A stretch of 61,011 nucleotides of DNA, counting the filler, from Vannella sp. (taxonomy: Eukaryota), in the NCBI GenBank assembly GCA_023345925.1. It is 6 parts of 6 records of this genome, joined end to end, with 100 filler letters (N's around TTAATTAATTAA, not from the genome) between each part and the next. Parts side by side here need not be neighbours in the genome. Positions count along the whole stretch, not along the records: positions 1 to 16,117 come from JAJQQN010000461.1; 5 more parts are not named here. One strand, given 5' to 3'. A program made the translations under genes and the position numbers. The first letter of the stretch is position 1, and each line of letters opens with the position of its first letter. Under the pieces are notes generated by a model, which was given only the letters and a program-made list of their open reading frames with translations, was not told the DNA's origin and searched no databases. Positions 1 through 11,249 of this stretch are shown piece after piece.

Positions 1-1
1 C

Positions 2-541
2 TTTCAGGAGAGTGCGTTGCGCGTTCAAGAGTGCAATTACACCAAGAGCCGAGCCATCGAAATGGGCGGAGAGCTGGTCAATGTTCGGCTACGGGACACG
101 CTGGGTATGGAGCGGTTCAGTCAACGCCTTACATTCAACATCCGCCGTTGGACTGCTGGGGCGAAGGGGATCCTTTTGGTCTATGACGTGACGAACCAGG
201 ACTCCTTCAGACAAATACGAGAATGGTTAGAACTGATCAACCGTTATAGGCGTGAAGAGACCAGCCCCTTTATGCTCTTGATTGGAAACAAATGTGACTT
301 GGGTTCGGAGAAGGTCGTGGATTATAGTGAAGGAGCCTCATTGGCTCAAGAACTAGATATTCCTTTCGTAGAAACATCTTCCAAGGACCCCCTCAGTGTC
401 GATACCGCTTTTGCTTTGTTAGTGGAAGGGATGATTCAAAAGAGCTCTCATTCCATATCAAGTGTCGATACCGCTGTAGCCTTGCCCAACGGCCCCAACC
501 CTCCCATTTCAAAGGGAAGAGAAAAGTGCACAACCCAATGA
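2..541 (+). CDS. Divergent Rab-family small GTPase, 5'-partial
   Basis: Frame is open from position 2. Motifs: GAKGILLVYDVT, LIGNKCDL (G4), FVETSSK (G5). G3 reads DTLGMERF. C-terminus ends in CaaX-like CTTQ. Confidence 0.85.
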   Translation, partial: FQESALRVQECNYTKSRAIEMGGELVNVRLRDTLGMERFSQRLTFNIRRWTAGAKGILLVYDVTNQDSFRQIREWLELINRYRREETSPFMLLIGNKCDLGSEKVVDYSEGASLAQELDIPFVETSSKDPLSVDTAFALLVEGMIQKSSHSISSVDTAVALPNGPNPPISKGREKCTTQ

Positions 542-1010
542 GCTTTTGGTCGCTGTCTTTGAAGAAAGAGAATCCAGGCGTGGGATGGGTCATTGGACGC
601 AGAAAGTTGAAACCCTTAAAACATATAAAAATCCGATTCCAACCACTCGCCATCGATTTTGGGGCCTTTTTGAAGATCCTGGTTCTGCCTTCCCCACTCC
701 CTCCTTCCCTTTCTAGATTCTAAAGAAAGTCAAACACAGAAACACCGCCAGGGGAAGAACAGAGGTGGGAAGGACTCTGACGCTCAGGGGGAAGGGCAGA
801 ACTCGTATTTGCGCTTGCCCTGACGACCTCCATCTCTTCAGGATAAACTTTTGGACTGATTTCATTTTTTCACTTTTTGGCTTCTTGAGGTGAGGACACA
901 AGGGGGAATGCCCTCGCCACGTGACTTCTCTGGAAACCACCAGCCAACTCCTCTTTTTGAAGAACACATCTCTGAAGACAAATTCTGTTCTTTGTGGCAT
1001 TTTCTGCGAG

Positions 1011-1864
<854 letters not shown>

Positions 1865-1926
1865 TGAAGAGGGCATGTCCAAGGGGAAGCGAGTTACGGC
1901 TGAGAAGGCATTCGGGGCAGAGGCGC

Positions 1927-2819
1927 ATGAGCGAGGGAGGGCACTCGGGACTGCGGGAGAAGCGTGAGGAAGAGGTTGAGGCTACTGCAAGGGCACTAGA
2001 AGACTCTTTACGGATGTCAAACAGTGGACAGGAGCTACATGTGGAGTACAAACGGGGAGACTTTCTTCCTCAGAACACCATCCTCGTCTTCGATCTCCAC
2101 CACGTGCTGATGCGGCCCAGCTACCGTAACATGGCCAAGTCTATCCTCCGGCATCCTAACAAGTCAGACCTTCTCAAAGTGGTGTCTTCTCGTTCAGTAT
2201 TCCTGCCGATGGTGAGCAGGCTGGGCAAGGAGACCCCAGAGAAGACCATGAAGGAGCTTGAAGAGTCACTGAAGCACCACAAGCACTCACAGCGGGTTGA
2301 ATCCAGCCTATCACCCCTGATTGTGGACATCTGCAACAGTCAGGACCCCGACATGCCCACTTTCCAGCTCATTGGTACGCTGACCAAGTGCTGGAGCTAC
2401 TCATAGATGAAAACTAAGCCTTAGTGTATAGATCGTATCAAGGAAGAGGGTTACGGGGTCTATCTCCTATCGAACATCGGCAAAGAGTACTTTGACGACC
2501 TTCGAACGAGGCTTCCTGTTGACCTTTTCAGCCGATTCGATGGGTTCTACACCACCAACCCTGAAGATGAATATGTGAACAAGCCAAACATCAGAATCTT
2601 CCACCAGTGAGTGAATCGTGGCTCCTTCTCTGCGTCTCACACAATCGACCAAGTTTTCTGTGCAAGTTCAATCCAGACGGCAGGTTCAAGCATGTCATCT
2701 TCATAGACGATAGTGTTGCCAACGTCAACGCGTGTGCGCCTTGTGGAATGCAGGGAGTGCTCTACAAGGATGCAGAACAGCTTGAAGGGGTTCTAAAGCA
2801 GCTGGGGCTCCCTCTCTGA
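1927..2819 (+). CDS. HAD-superfamily hydrolase (subfamily IA-like), 3 exons
   Basis: Motif I-like VFDLHHVL, motif II YLLSNIG, motif III NKPN and motif IV VIFIDD, joined across two short introns. Start codon uncertain. Confidence 0.8.
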
Positions 2820-2866
2820 GATCATAGGATGCTTGAATACACGTATTTACTTGCTCCAACAACCTC

Positions 2867-3696
2867 TCAGTTGGACAGAGACTTGTAGAACGTGTTGTAG
2901 GCTGACTCCAAGTCAAATAGCATCTGGCGAGTTTGATTGCTGTTCAGTTCGTCGCTCGCGTCCATTCTGTTGAGGACAGTGAGCCATGCTGTGATCTTAT
3001 CCTTGCCAGACAAGTCATTCATCGAAGGAATGGCGTTCAAGTTGCTCAGGATGTCCACAAGAAGCGGTTGCAGCTGGTCAACTGCTTTCATGTCAAGCTT
3101 TAGGCTGTCCATGGCCGTGATAAAGTACTGAACTGTCTCAGCAACGCTCTTAGCATCGCTGTCTACCCTTATACATGAGCTCCAGCTGCAAGAGCGCGTG
3201 TCAGAAGCTTACTTGAAGGGAAGGTTTTGTGTTCGATCGTGGCGGGCACTCCCACCCGTGTTAGGCGGTCAATGGCTGCTGTGCAATCAATCTGGGTGTT
3301 TCCCTTCAGTATCGAGCCGGTTAGACAGCGTGGGACGCTCACTTTGTAGTCCAAAAGGAACTTGTCGAGGTCAAAGCCAGGTCCCATGAAGCTCTTAGCC
3401 GTCTTGAACTGGGCAATGAGCTGGCTACATGCAGGGGTATACCTCGATCACAGTGAGTATCTTGTACTCCGCACAGACAGTTCACCTACTCGTCTGCAGT
3501 GACAGAGTCGCGAACATAGGCCTTTTCGAGGTACTCCACTGTTGTGATGATCGAGAAGAGCTCAGCACAGTTCTCGTACATCTCCCGCTCCTTATGATTG
3601 GATGCTAACTTGATCGGCTTCTGCATGGACTCACTCCCTCTGCCATCATCAGCATTTCCCCTAGCTACCCTCTTCGACCTACCCTCGCCAGGCCAT
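2867..3696 (-). CDS. VPS28: ESCRT-I subunit VPS28, multi-exon
   Basis: EREMYENCAELFSIITTVEYLEKAYVRD, YTPACSQLIAQFK, GVPATIEH, YFITAMDSLKL...QTRQMLFDLESAYNTF. First exon MAWR starts at 3696. Confidence 0.93.
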
Positions 3697-3790
3697 CCCT
3701 GATGACGTACAAATAAGTAATTAAATTTTCGGCACAAAATATTTTTCAGAACTCGATTAGGTCTCCGGAAGCCATTTTTTTCTTGGGGCG

Positions 3791-5573
3791 ATGGCCGAGG
3801 TTGCGAAGGACCCTTCCACGGTGGGTCGACTTGTTTTGGAGCTGGGATAGAGTGTAATTGGTGTGTTGTAGGGGGACTCGTTGCCAGAGATCCACCCATC
3901 GGAGATTGAGTTCGCAGAGAAGATTGGAGAGGGCTCTTACGGTCAAGTGTTCTCTGGCACTTGCCGTGGTAAGATTGTTGCCATTAAGGGTGCGTTGAGC
4001 CTTCCTTCTGTGAAAGGTGGTCTCACAACGTCCAGTGTTCAAGCCAGGCATGTTCCAGACAGAAGAGGAACGGACTGCCATCCGAGATGAGGTCCGCATC
4101 ATGAGGTAAGCCTCTCCTTTCAGGTCTGGTGGAGTCTCAGTTCCGGCTACAGCAAAATCTTCCATCCCAATGTTGTCCTCTTCATGGGTGCGTGTACCCT
4201 GGACGACAACTTGATGATTGGTGAGGAGAGAACCTAAAAGATAGCGCTTGAGGCTTCTAACGCGAGGGCCAGTGACGGAGAAGCTCCCTACTGATGTGGA
4301 AACACTAATCATGGAAGAGCGTAAGCCTCTTAGCCTATTCCAGCGTATGAAGATGATGAAGGACGCCGCTCTGGGCATGAATTGGTTGCACTCGTCCAAT
4401 CCCATCTTTATCCACCGAGACTTGAAGCTCAGCAACCTGCTAGTAGATAACAACTATAAGGTGCTTGTGTGCGACTTTGGCTTGGCTCAGATGAAGCCTA
4501 AAGAGGTCACTAACCTCGGATATGATCCTCACGGTTCGCCTCTGTATATGGCCCCTGAGGTCTTTGTAGGAGACTACAACGAGAAGTGTGATATCTATAG
4601 CTTTGCCATCGTCCTTTGGGAAGTTCTAACTCAAACACAAGCCTTCTCGGACATTGATGACGACCTCGCCGCTTTCATTCATGCTGTTTGTGACAACGGC
4701 TTCCGTCCTGACATTCCTACGGACTGTCCATCGCGTATCCGACAGCTTTTTGAGAACTGCTGGCGAAAGGAGCCTTCTCTTCGTCCATCCTTTAGTGAGA
4801 TCATCACCCGCTTGGACCACATTCTGGTCGAGGTTTCGATCGCAGACGACACTGGCAGCCGCCTTTGGGATACAAACTTTCTGGGCAAGGTAGGCGCTTC
4901 TTACTGACGGCACTTTGCTCACTATTGGTCACAGGACTCTGTTCTTTGGGGAGACTTCCGCAAGCAGCTCTTGACCTCTCTTGGTCTGTTCATAGAAGAC
5001 TCTGATATCCGCCTCAAGTGTCTAGAAGCTGTTCTAGGTAGGTTTCGCCCCTTATGGAGGCTCTAGCGTCTGACGTGGGTGGCAGCGGAGTCCTCAAGCG
5101 AGGTTTTGGCCAAGTCCAAGGTCGTCCACATCACTCGCTTCGGTCAAGTGTGCGCGTGGTTCGGACCTCTGCAATCAGGAAGCGACTCTACCATCCTTCT
5201 TCTCAACGTCGTCAACCTGTTGAAGGAGAAGTGGTTCCACGGTGATCTCTCCCAGGAGGAGTCGGAGGACCGGCTCAACGACCAACCAAAGGGAACGTAC
5301 CTCATTCGCTTTAGCAGCTCCTCGCCTGGCTGCTTCACCATCTCTCACATGTCAAAGACCAAGCTGGTCTGCCACCAGCGCGTCACCCACACGCCTGGCA
5401 AAGGCTTCTTCTTCCGCGAAGGCCAGTACGACACTCTTCGCGACCTCATCCGCGACCAACGCAAGAAGCACTACTTCATTACACCCTGTCCTGGCTCTGT
5501 CTTCCAAAAGCTCTTCCCCAAGAAAGACAAGAAAGGAGCTCCTGAGCCTGCTGGAGGCGCCTATTTGGGCTAA
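3791..5573 (+). CDS. TKL kinase with C-terminal SH2 domain (Dictyostelium Shk-type)
   Basis: Kinase: IGEGSYGQV, VAIK, HRDLKLSN, DFG, YMAPE. SH2: WFHGDLS...GTYLIRFSSSSPGCFTIS. Several short introns. Confidence 0.9.
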
Positions 5574-5666
5574 GAACTGTTCTCTGTTGATCACAATAGC
5601 TTAAAACACGTAAAACGAAGCTTCTCGGGCTGTTTTTTGTTCATTTTTTTGGTCCGCGGGTCAGGG

Positions 5667-7682
5667 ATGTTGGCCAAGGAGCCGTACAGCAACAGCTTCT
5701 TGTTGACGTTGAATGAGAGCTCTCAATACTCATCCACGTTGAGTCCGTTGGGTCAGAAGGAGGTAGGAAGGAGAGGGTCTGGTCGATCGTTGGACTTTGA
5801 GGGTGATAATGGGTCTGGCGCAGGTGTACTTGCTCTTGCCTCGGAGTGGGAGTGTGGAGGAGATGCAGTTTGATCAGGAATTTGTCGATACGCATCTTAT
5901 CTTCGTGGATCCCGACCAACCCACCCATTTTGTCAGTGCCAACGGGATGTTAGGCCTCCTCTCCTCCTCCCTTCTCGCTGAGCCCTCCCCAAAGTCTCTT
6001 CTTATCATCAGCCTTCCCTCCCAACTACGAAACAGTCCTCCGCCTTCCCTCTTCAACGCGTAAGATCCTTTCTGACCTTCCTTGATGATCTCACCAAACT
6101 GTGGACAACTTTAGGCCGCTATTTGGTGTCGAAAAGGACCTCCGATTGGAACAGGACGCCCGATCAATACTAATCCATGAGGTTGGGGAATTGCCTGTGC
6201 AGGGAAGAAACAGCAAAGTTATTTTAATTGGTGCTCCGGTGGTCTATCCTGGTTGCTCTTGGTTAGAAGCTTATAAGAGTCGGAGGCGGGCTTTGTTGAG
6301 GAGTGGAGTGGATGAGCTTTCTTTGTCAGAGGAGAAACCAGGATCAGGGATCTTGCGCTCTCAAAGTATGGCTGTTGTGTCTGCCCCGCCGGTTTCTGGA
6401 CCAAAGAATCCTTTTCTGCAGCGTGTGAATCATCCTTCCGCGGCCGGGATTGTCAACTCGATACAGCAATTCATTCGATTCATCCAGACGCAGTCCGATG
6501 ATTCTTTAGTCGAACAAGATACTGATCTTGTTCGGGACTTTCTCGAAGAAACGGAAGAGGCCATCAATGTCCATCCCCTCTGGCGTTCCCTTGGGGAGAA
6601 AGAGATGCAGGACACATTTGAGGCTCTTGAGAAGTTCCTCTTGGTCAATTTGCATCCGCGGTAAGCTAGTACAGTTCCAATCTGACTTAATGGACTGACC
6701 TTCCTCCAGACTTTTTGGGAATCGGGTTGAGGAGAGTGAAAAGGATATGCTCATCAACGAAACCTTGAACAGGCTGGAATGGATTAAACTGGAGCATCTG
6801 GAAATTAACCCTTCCATTGATTCGGAGGTCCAATCGATGGGTCTGGCTGTCGCAGAGTTGAAGAAGATGAACAAGTACAAAGCACCGAAAGACAAACTCA
6901 TTTGCGTTAGGAACTGCAGTAAGGTTATTTACAAGATGCTCGAAGCGGCAGCTGGCCAAGGCTCTACTTCTGGGGCAGATGACTTTCTCCCTGTTTTGAT
7001 TATTGTGCTTATTCGAGCCAATCCTGCCAATCTGCAAAGTAACATTCAGTACATACGGCGCTTCAGAAATCCCTCAAAGTTGTTGGAAGAAGCAGGCTAT
7101 TACCTGACCCAGCTGGAGTCCGCCGTTCATTTCCTCTTAAACATCAAGTACAGCTACCTCAAGAACGTCACAGAGGAGGCATACAACTCTCTTATCAACG
7201 GCAAGGCTCCCCCTGCCTCCTCTAACTTGATTGAGCCAATTTCCGCACCAACTCAGACTCCTCCATCCCCTACTGCTTCTGCTTCACCCTCTCTCCAAGG
7301 TGGTTCACCAAATGCGCTGGAGCAAATCCAAAGTCTTCTCTCCGAAAAAGACTTGGGGCAATACAGCTTCCTCCATACGGAAGCAGATAATCTAACCCTT
7401 GCTGATGTCCGCCAACTCCTCTCGGATTACAAGATCTTGGCTCGGCAAAACGAACTGTTGAGGAAAGTGGCGTTAACGCATCGCCCTTTACCACAACTAT
7501 CCTCTCGAGTTGGTGGCCACTTGGATTTGGCAAGGTCTGATAACCACTTAAGCTTCACTACTGAAGAGCAAGAGCAACCTGAAGAGTTATCGGACCCAAA
7601 CCTTCAGGTCAATCGCCGAATGCGAGCTCGATCCACCTATTTGGCCCGTGGTGATTCGGGAGCTCTCAGAGGGAGCGAGTGA
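5667..7682 (+). CDS. VPS9-domain Rab GEF with a VARP-like N-terminal domain
   Basis: VPS9 core: YKAPKDKLICV...GADDFLPVLI...ANPANLQSNIQYIRRFR...EAGYYLTQLESAVHF. Upstream exons encode an extra N-terminal domain. Confidence 0.88.
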
Positions 7683-7724
7683 GTCTCTTTGAGAGTTTAT
7701 AAATTATTCACACTTGAAACGCCT

Positions 7725-10700
7725 TCACATGTCTTCACGGGAGGGAATCTCTGAAAGAATGCCTCGATAAGTGTCCCAAGGTTCCTGATAGATCTCGAAG
7801 AATTCTTGATAAAGCTCATCAAAGGTGGGGCGGAAAGCATCCTCTTCATGCCAGCATTTGCTAACCACATTTCTTACATAATTAGGCATCTCCTTCAGAT
7901 CACCCAGAACTTGTTCTCGCGGCCGAGCAACGTCATTTCGTGTCCATTTCCTCAGCATAGACATCTCCCAGACGGCTATTCCGAAGCAATATACATCGCA
8001 TCCTGTTGTGTACTGGGTCTGGAAGCTCTCTAACTCAGGAGGAGCATAAATGGAGTGGAAGGCGGGTAAAAGATCACCAAGTCGCCGGTCGCCATCAACT
8101 GGTTCACTCGTTGGCTCCTGTAAAATCTTGCGAGCAAGACCGAGGTCACCAATTTTGGCTCGTCCTCCTTTTACTAGAATGTTGGAGGCTGTGATATCCC
8201 TGTGTGTATAGCCCACGCGATGAATGTAAGCCATTGCATCGCACACATCCAAGCAGATCCGGAGAAAGCTCCGGATGAAGACCTGGATGGACTCTTCACG
8301 GTGTACTTTTTGTAGATAAGTGAGTGCATCCCGGTCGTCACAGAACTCCATAATGATGTAGAACTCATCCTTCATCATCGGAGAGATTCCAATTAAATGG
8401 ATGATATTGGGATGATTCCCCAGTACACTGAGGATGTATGTAAGAGAGGTGCACTCTTGAATAATGAAGTTCTTACGATAGAATATGAGCCTCTCGCAAG
8501 AACTCTCTAAAGATTCGTTTGCGTTCTCTCTTTGTCTCTGGCTTGGTGCGTTTGGCAGCAATATCTTTGCCGAGGTATCTTCCGTGGCGAACTTCGCCAA
8601 ACACTCCCTCTGCTCCAGATAACTTGTCATCTAGTTTCAGTAGTGCCACGGGGATGAAATGCTCGTGAATATAATAGGCACAGTTGGCTGCAAAGATGTT
8701 GGAGAATGTCTAAAACTTGAGTGTCAGAGAAGCAAGGAGCTGGTGGGAGGAGCTTACATCCACGAGAATGATAACCAAGATGAATAGACTCAACTGATTA
8801 GCTTGAGGAGAAGGATTAGTGAGCTCGAAGCTCCAAAAGATGAAGATAAACTGCACAAACTGGCCCACTGTTTGCTATAAACTCCCTCATCAGTACAGAA
8901 AGTGGATCAAATACTCGAGAACTCACGAGTAGGAGCGCTCGTTGATGGTTCCTTATGGTTCCGAATATAGTAATAGAGGCTTTGCAGAGATAAATGAGGG
9001 AAACAAGAGGAATAGAATAGATGAACCAGGCGCTATAGGGTACAACGTCTTTGCTAAGTAGAAAACTGACTCCCACCATCATTATCAACAGCGCTACAAA
9101 GATATTCAACGTGCAGCCAGCGAATAGAAGTGCTTTCCATCGCACTAGGCATTGAGAGTGCTCGTGAAGTTTGTTAATATCCATCTCCTCATCGCCAGTC
9201 TGAGTCAGAACCGTGAGTAGGGAAGGATGAAGCCCATAAAAGGTTGAGAAGATCACAGCGACACTTGCTGCCACAGTACAGACAATAACTGACAATACAA
9301 CTGTTAATGTGAACGCCTTCCCATACCAACGCCCGCCTTGATTACATTAGTACATGTTAAGATCAGTAGAGTAGGTCTTACTTATGCACTCTCCATCAAC
9401 ACGAATGTTAGTGGGGAGATCCAGAGGATACGGGCAATCAATAGGATTCCCCACAAGATAGACACTGAATGTGACTGTCGCTAACCACTGTGGAAGTGTC
9501 CCACGGATGTAATTGGAGCTGATATCAACGTCTCTTAATCTTGGCAAATGAAAAGGCTTGTCTGGAAGGGTTCCCTCCAGTCGATTCCCGCTCAAATCGA
9601 GAAATTGTAAACTAATGAGGGACCGAATCTCCGGTAATCCTCCCGATAGCTGGCAAAGAGAGAGATCAATCTACCCGCCTTTGGTTACTCCTTGAAAACA
9701 AATAGAATATGTCACTCACAGCCCGGAGCTTAGGAAAGCGAAGGGTGGGAACTTCTCCTCCAAGTCGGTTAAGTGAGAAATCTGAAAAGAGGATTGAGAG
9801 GCCTCATTGGAAGGACTGAATAGTACAAACCCATTTCCTCGATGTTAACCAGTCGGGATATATCAGCTGAAATGGTCCCCACCAGCTGGTTACCACCAAA
9901 CTGCAAAATGCGGAGACTGCTCAGGTCATAAAGACTCTCAGGGATCGTTCCAGAGAGCCGGTTATCTACAATGAACATAGTAAGAAGACATAGAAAGTCA
10001 TCCGTAACACATACAGGCTAAATTCAGAACCTCCAAGCTCTCCATCATCGAGAGAGAAGAAGGAAGAGTTCCACTTAGTCGATTTCGTCCCAGAGAAAGA
10101 GCCTCTAGGAGGTACAAGCTCCCCAAAGAGACGGGAAGACTTCCTGTGAGATTATTCTTCGCATGCAATGAGCGGGTGCCGCTCCAGATCCTGTGCGCGA
10201 GGACTTACGCTCGTTAAGTCTAAGATTTGGAGGCTTTGCATGTTCCCGATGCTCCAAGGGATTGAACCATTCAAAAGATTGTGAGACAATCTCCTACGTT
10301 CGGTGTGAGGCCCTCCTCCCCTCTCCAAGAGGAAGCTCTTACAGCACCTGTAGACCGGTACTCTCTCCTATTACGAGCGAAAGAGCTCCGGTAAGAGTAT
10401 TGTAGGACGCATCCACTGCACAACTATAGTTAGAAGTCATTCAAGTGTGTTAGGAGAGCGTACACTCTCGGAGGAAAGGAATCTTCCAAAGGGAAGTCGG
10501 AAGGGTTCCCGTAAGTTGTCCATTAGCGACCGATCTATCCATAGGTGAGCCAACAAAGCACGTATCAAGGATAAAGAAGATACGTACAAGTACTGAAGCT
10601 CGCTTAGATCGTCCCACCGCTCTGGTAACGTTCCCCGAACCAAGTTTGCTGAAAGATCGCTAATCTCCCCGTCAATAAGGTCTGTCGTCGAGTGAAAAGC

Positions 10701-11079
10701 ACGTACAGTATACGAAGGTACTTCAAGGTAGTGATAGAAGCGGGGATTGTTCCATTGAGCCCGTTACCACTGAGCGATCTACCCAAAGGAGGGATAAGTG
10801 AAGCGCCCAAGGGCAGCAGAGGCTGCGACGATGCACATACAAGAAGGTGATCACTGGGTACGATAGAAGATCGCACTGTACACCGTACCACTCGTTCCGA
10901 CAGGGCAGCCCGTCTCCCCAGTTGGAGTGGTTGAGCCACAGGGGCCCGCCTGTGGCCCTATACAGGTCTAACAAGACGTCTCGCTCCCCTACCTCCGTCT
11001 GCACTTGGTTTTCTGCCAGTACAGAGCACAGAAGCAACCAGAAGATCGCCCCAACAGGCCACCATGCCTTCGTGTGCAT
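7725..11079 (-). CDS. LRR ectodomain / multi-pass TM / TKL-type kinase receptor, many exons
   Basis: Signal peptide. LRRNT cap (DVLLDLYRATGG..W..NW..C..WYGVQC). Plant-type LxxNxLxGxIP repeats. About five hydrophobic helices. Kinase: GAEGVFGEV, IAAK, HRDITASN, DLG, APPE. The TM-to-kinase frame is continuous after splicing. Confidence 0.8.
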
Positions 11080-11249
11080 CCCCCCGCTGCGCCTGTCAAA
11101 TGACCCTTCTTCCTCCATTGGCCCCTCTTAACTTAGAAGAAAGGACAACAGCAGAAGCTAACAAATAAGCTCTCCAAGCGGATTCGGGACGCGTTGGAGC
11201 GGACCAATCAGGAGCGCCCAATGGCATGCGACAATTAGAGTCAAGATTC

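Noticed and set aside
394..476. Short direct repeat AGTGTCGATACCGCT inside the first Rab
   Set aside because: Small in-frame coding duplication (SVDTA twice) with no sign of a mobile element.
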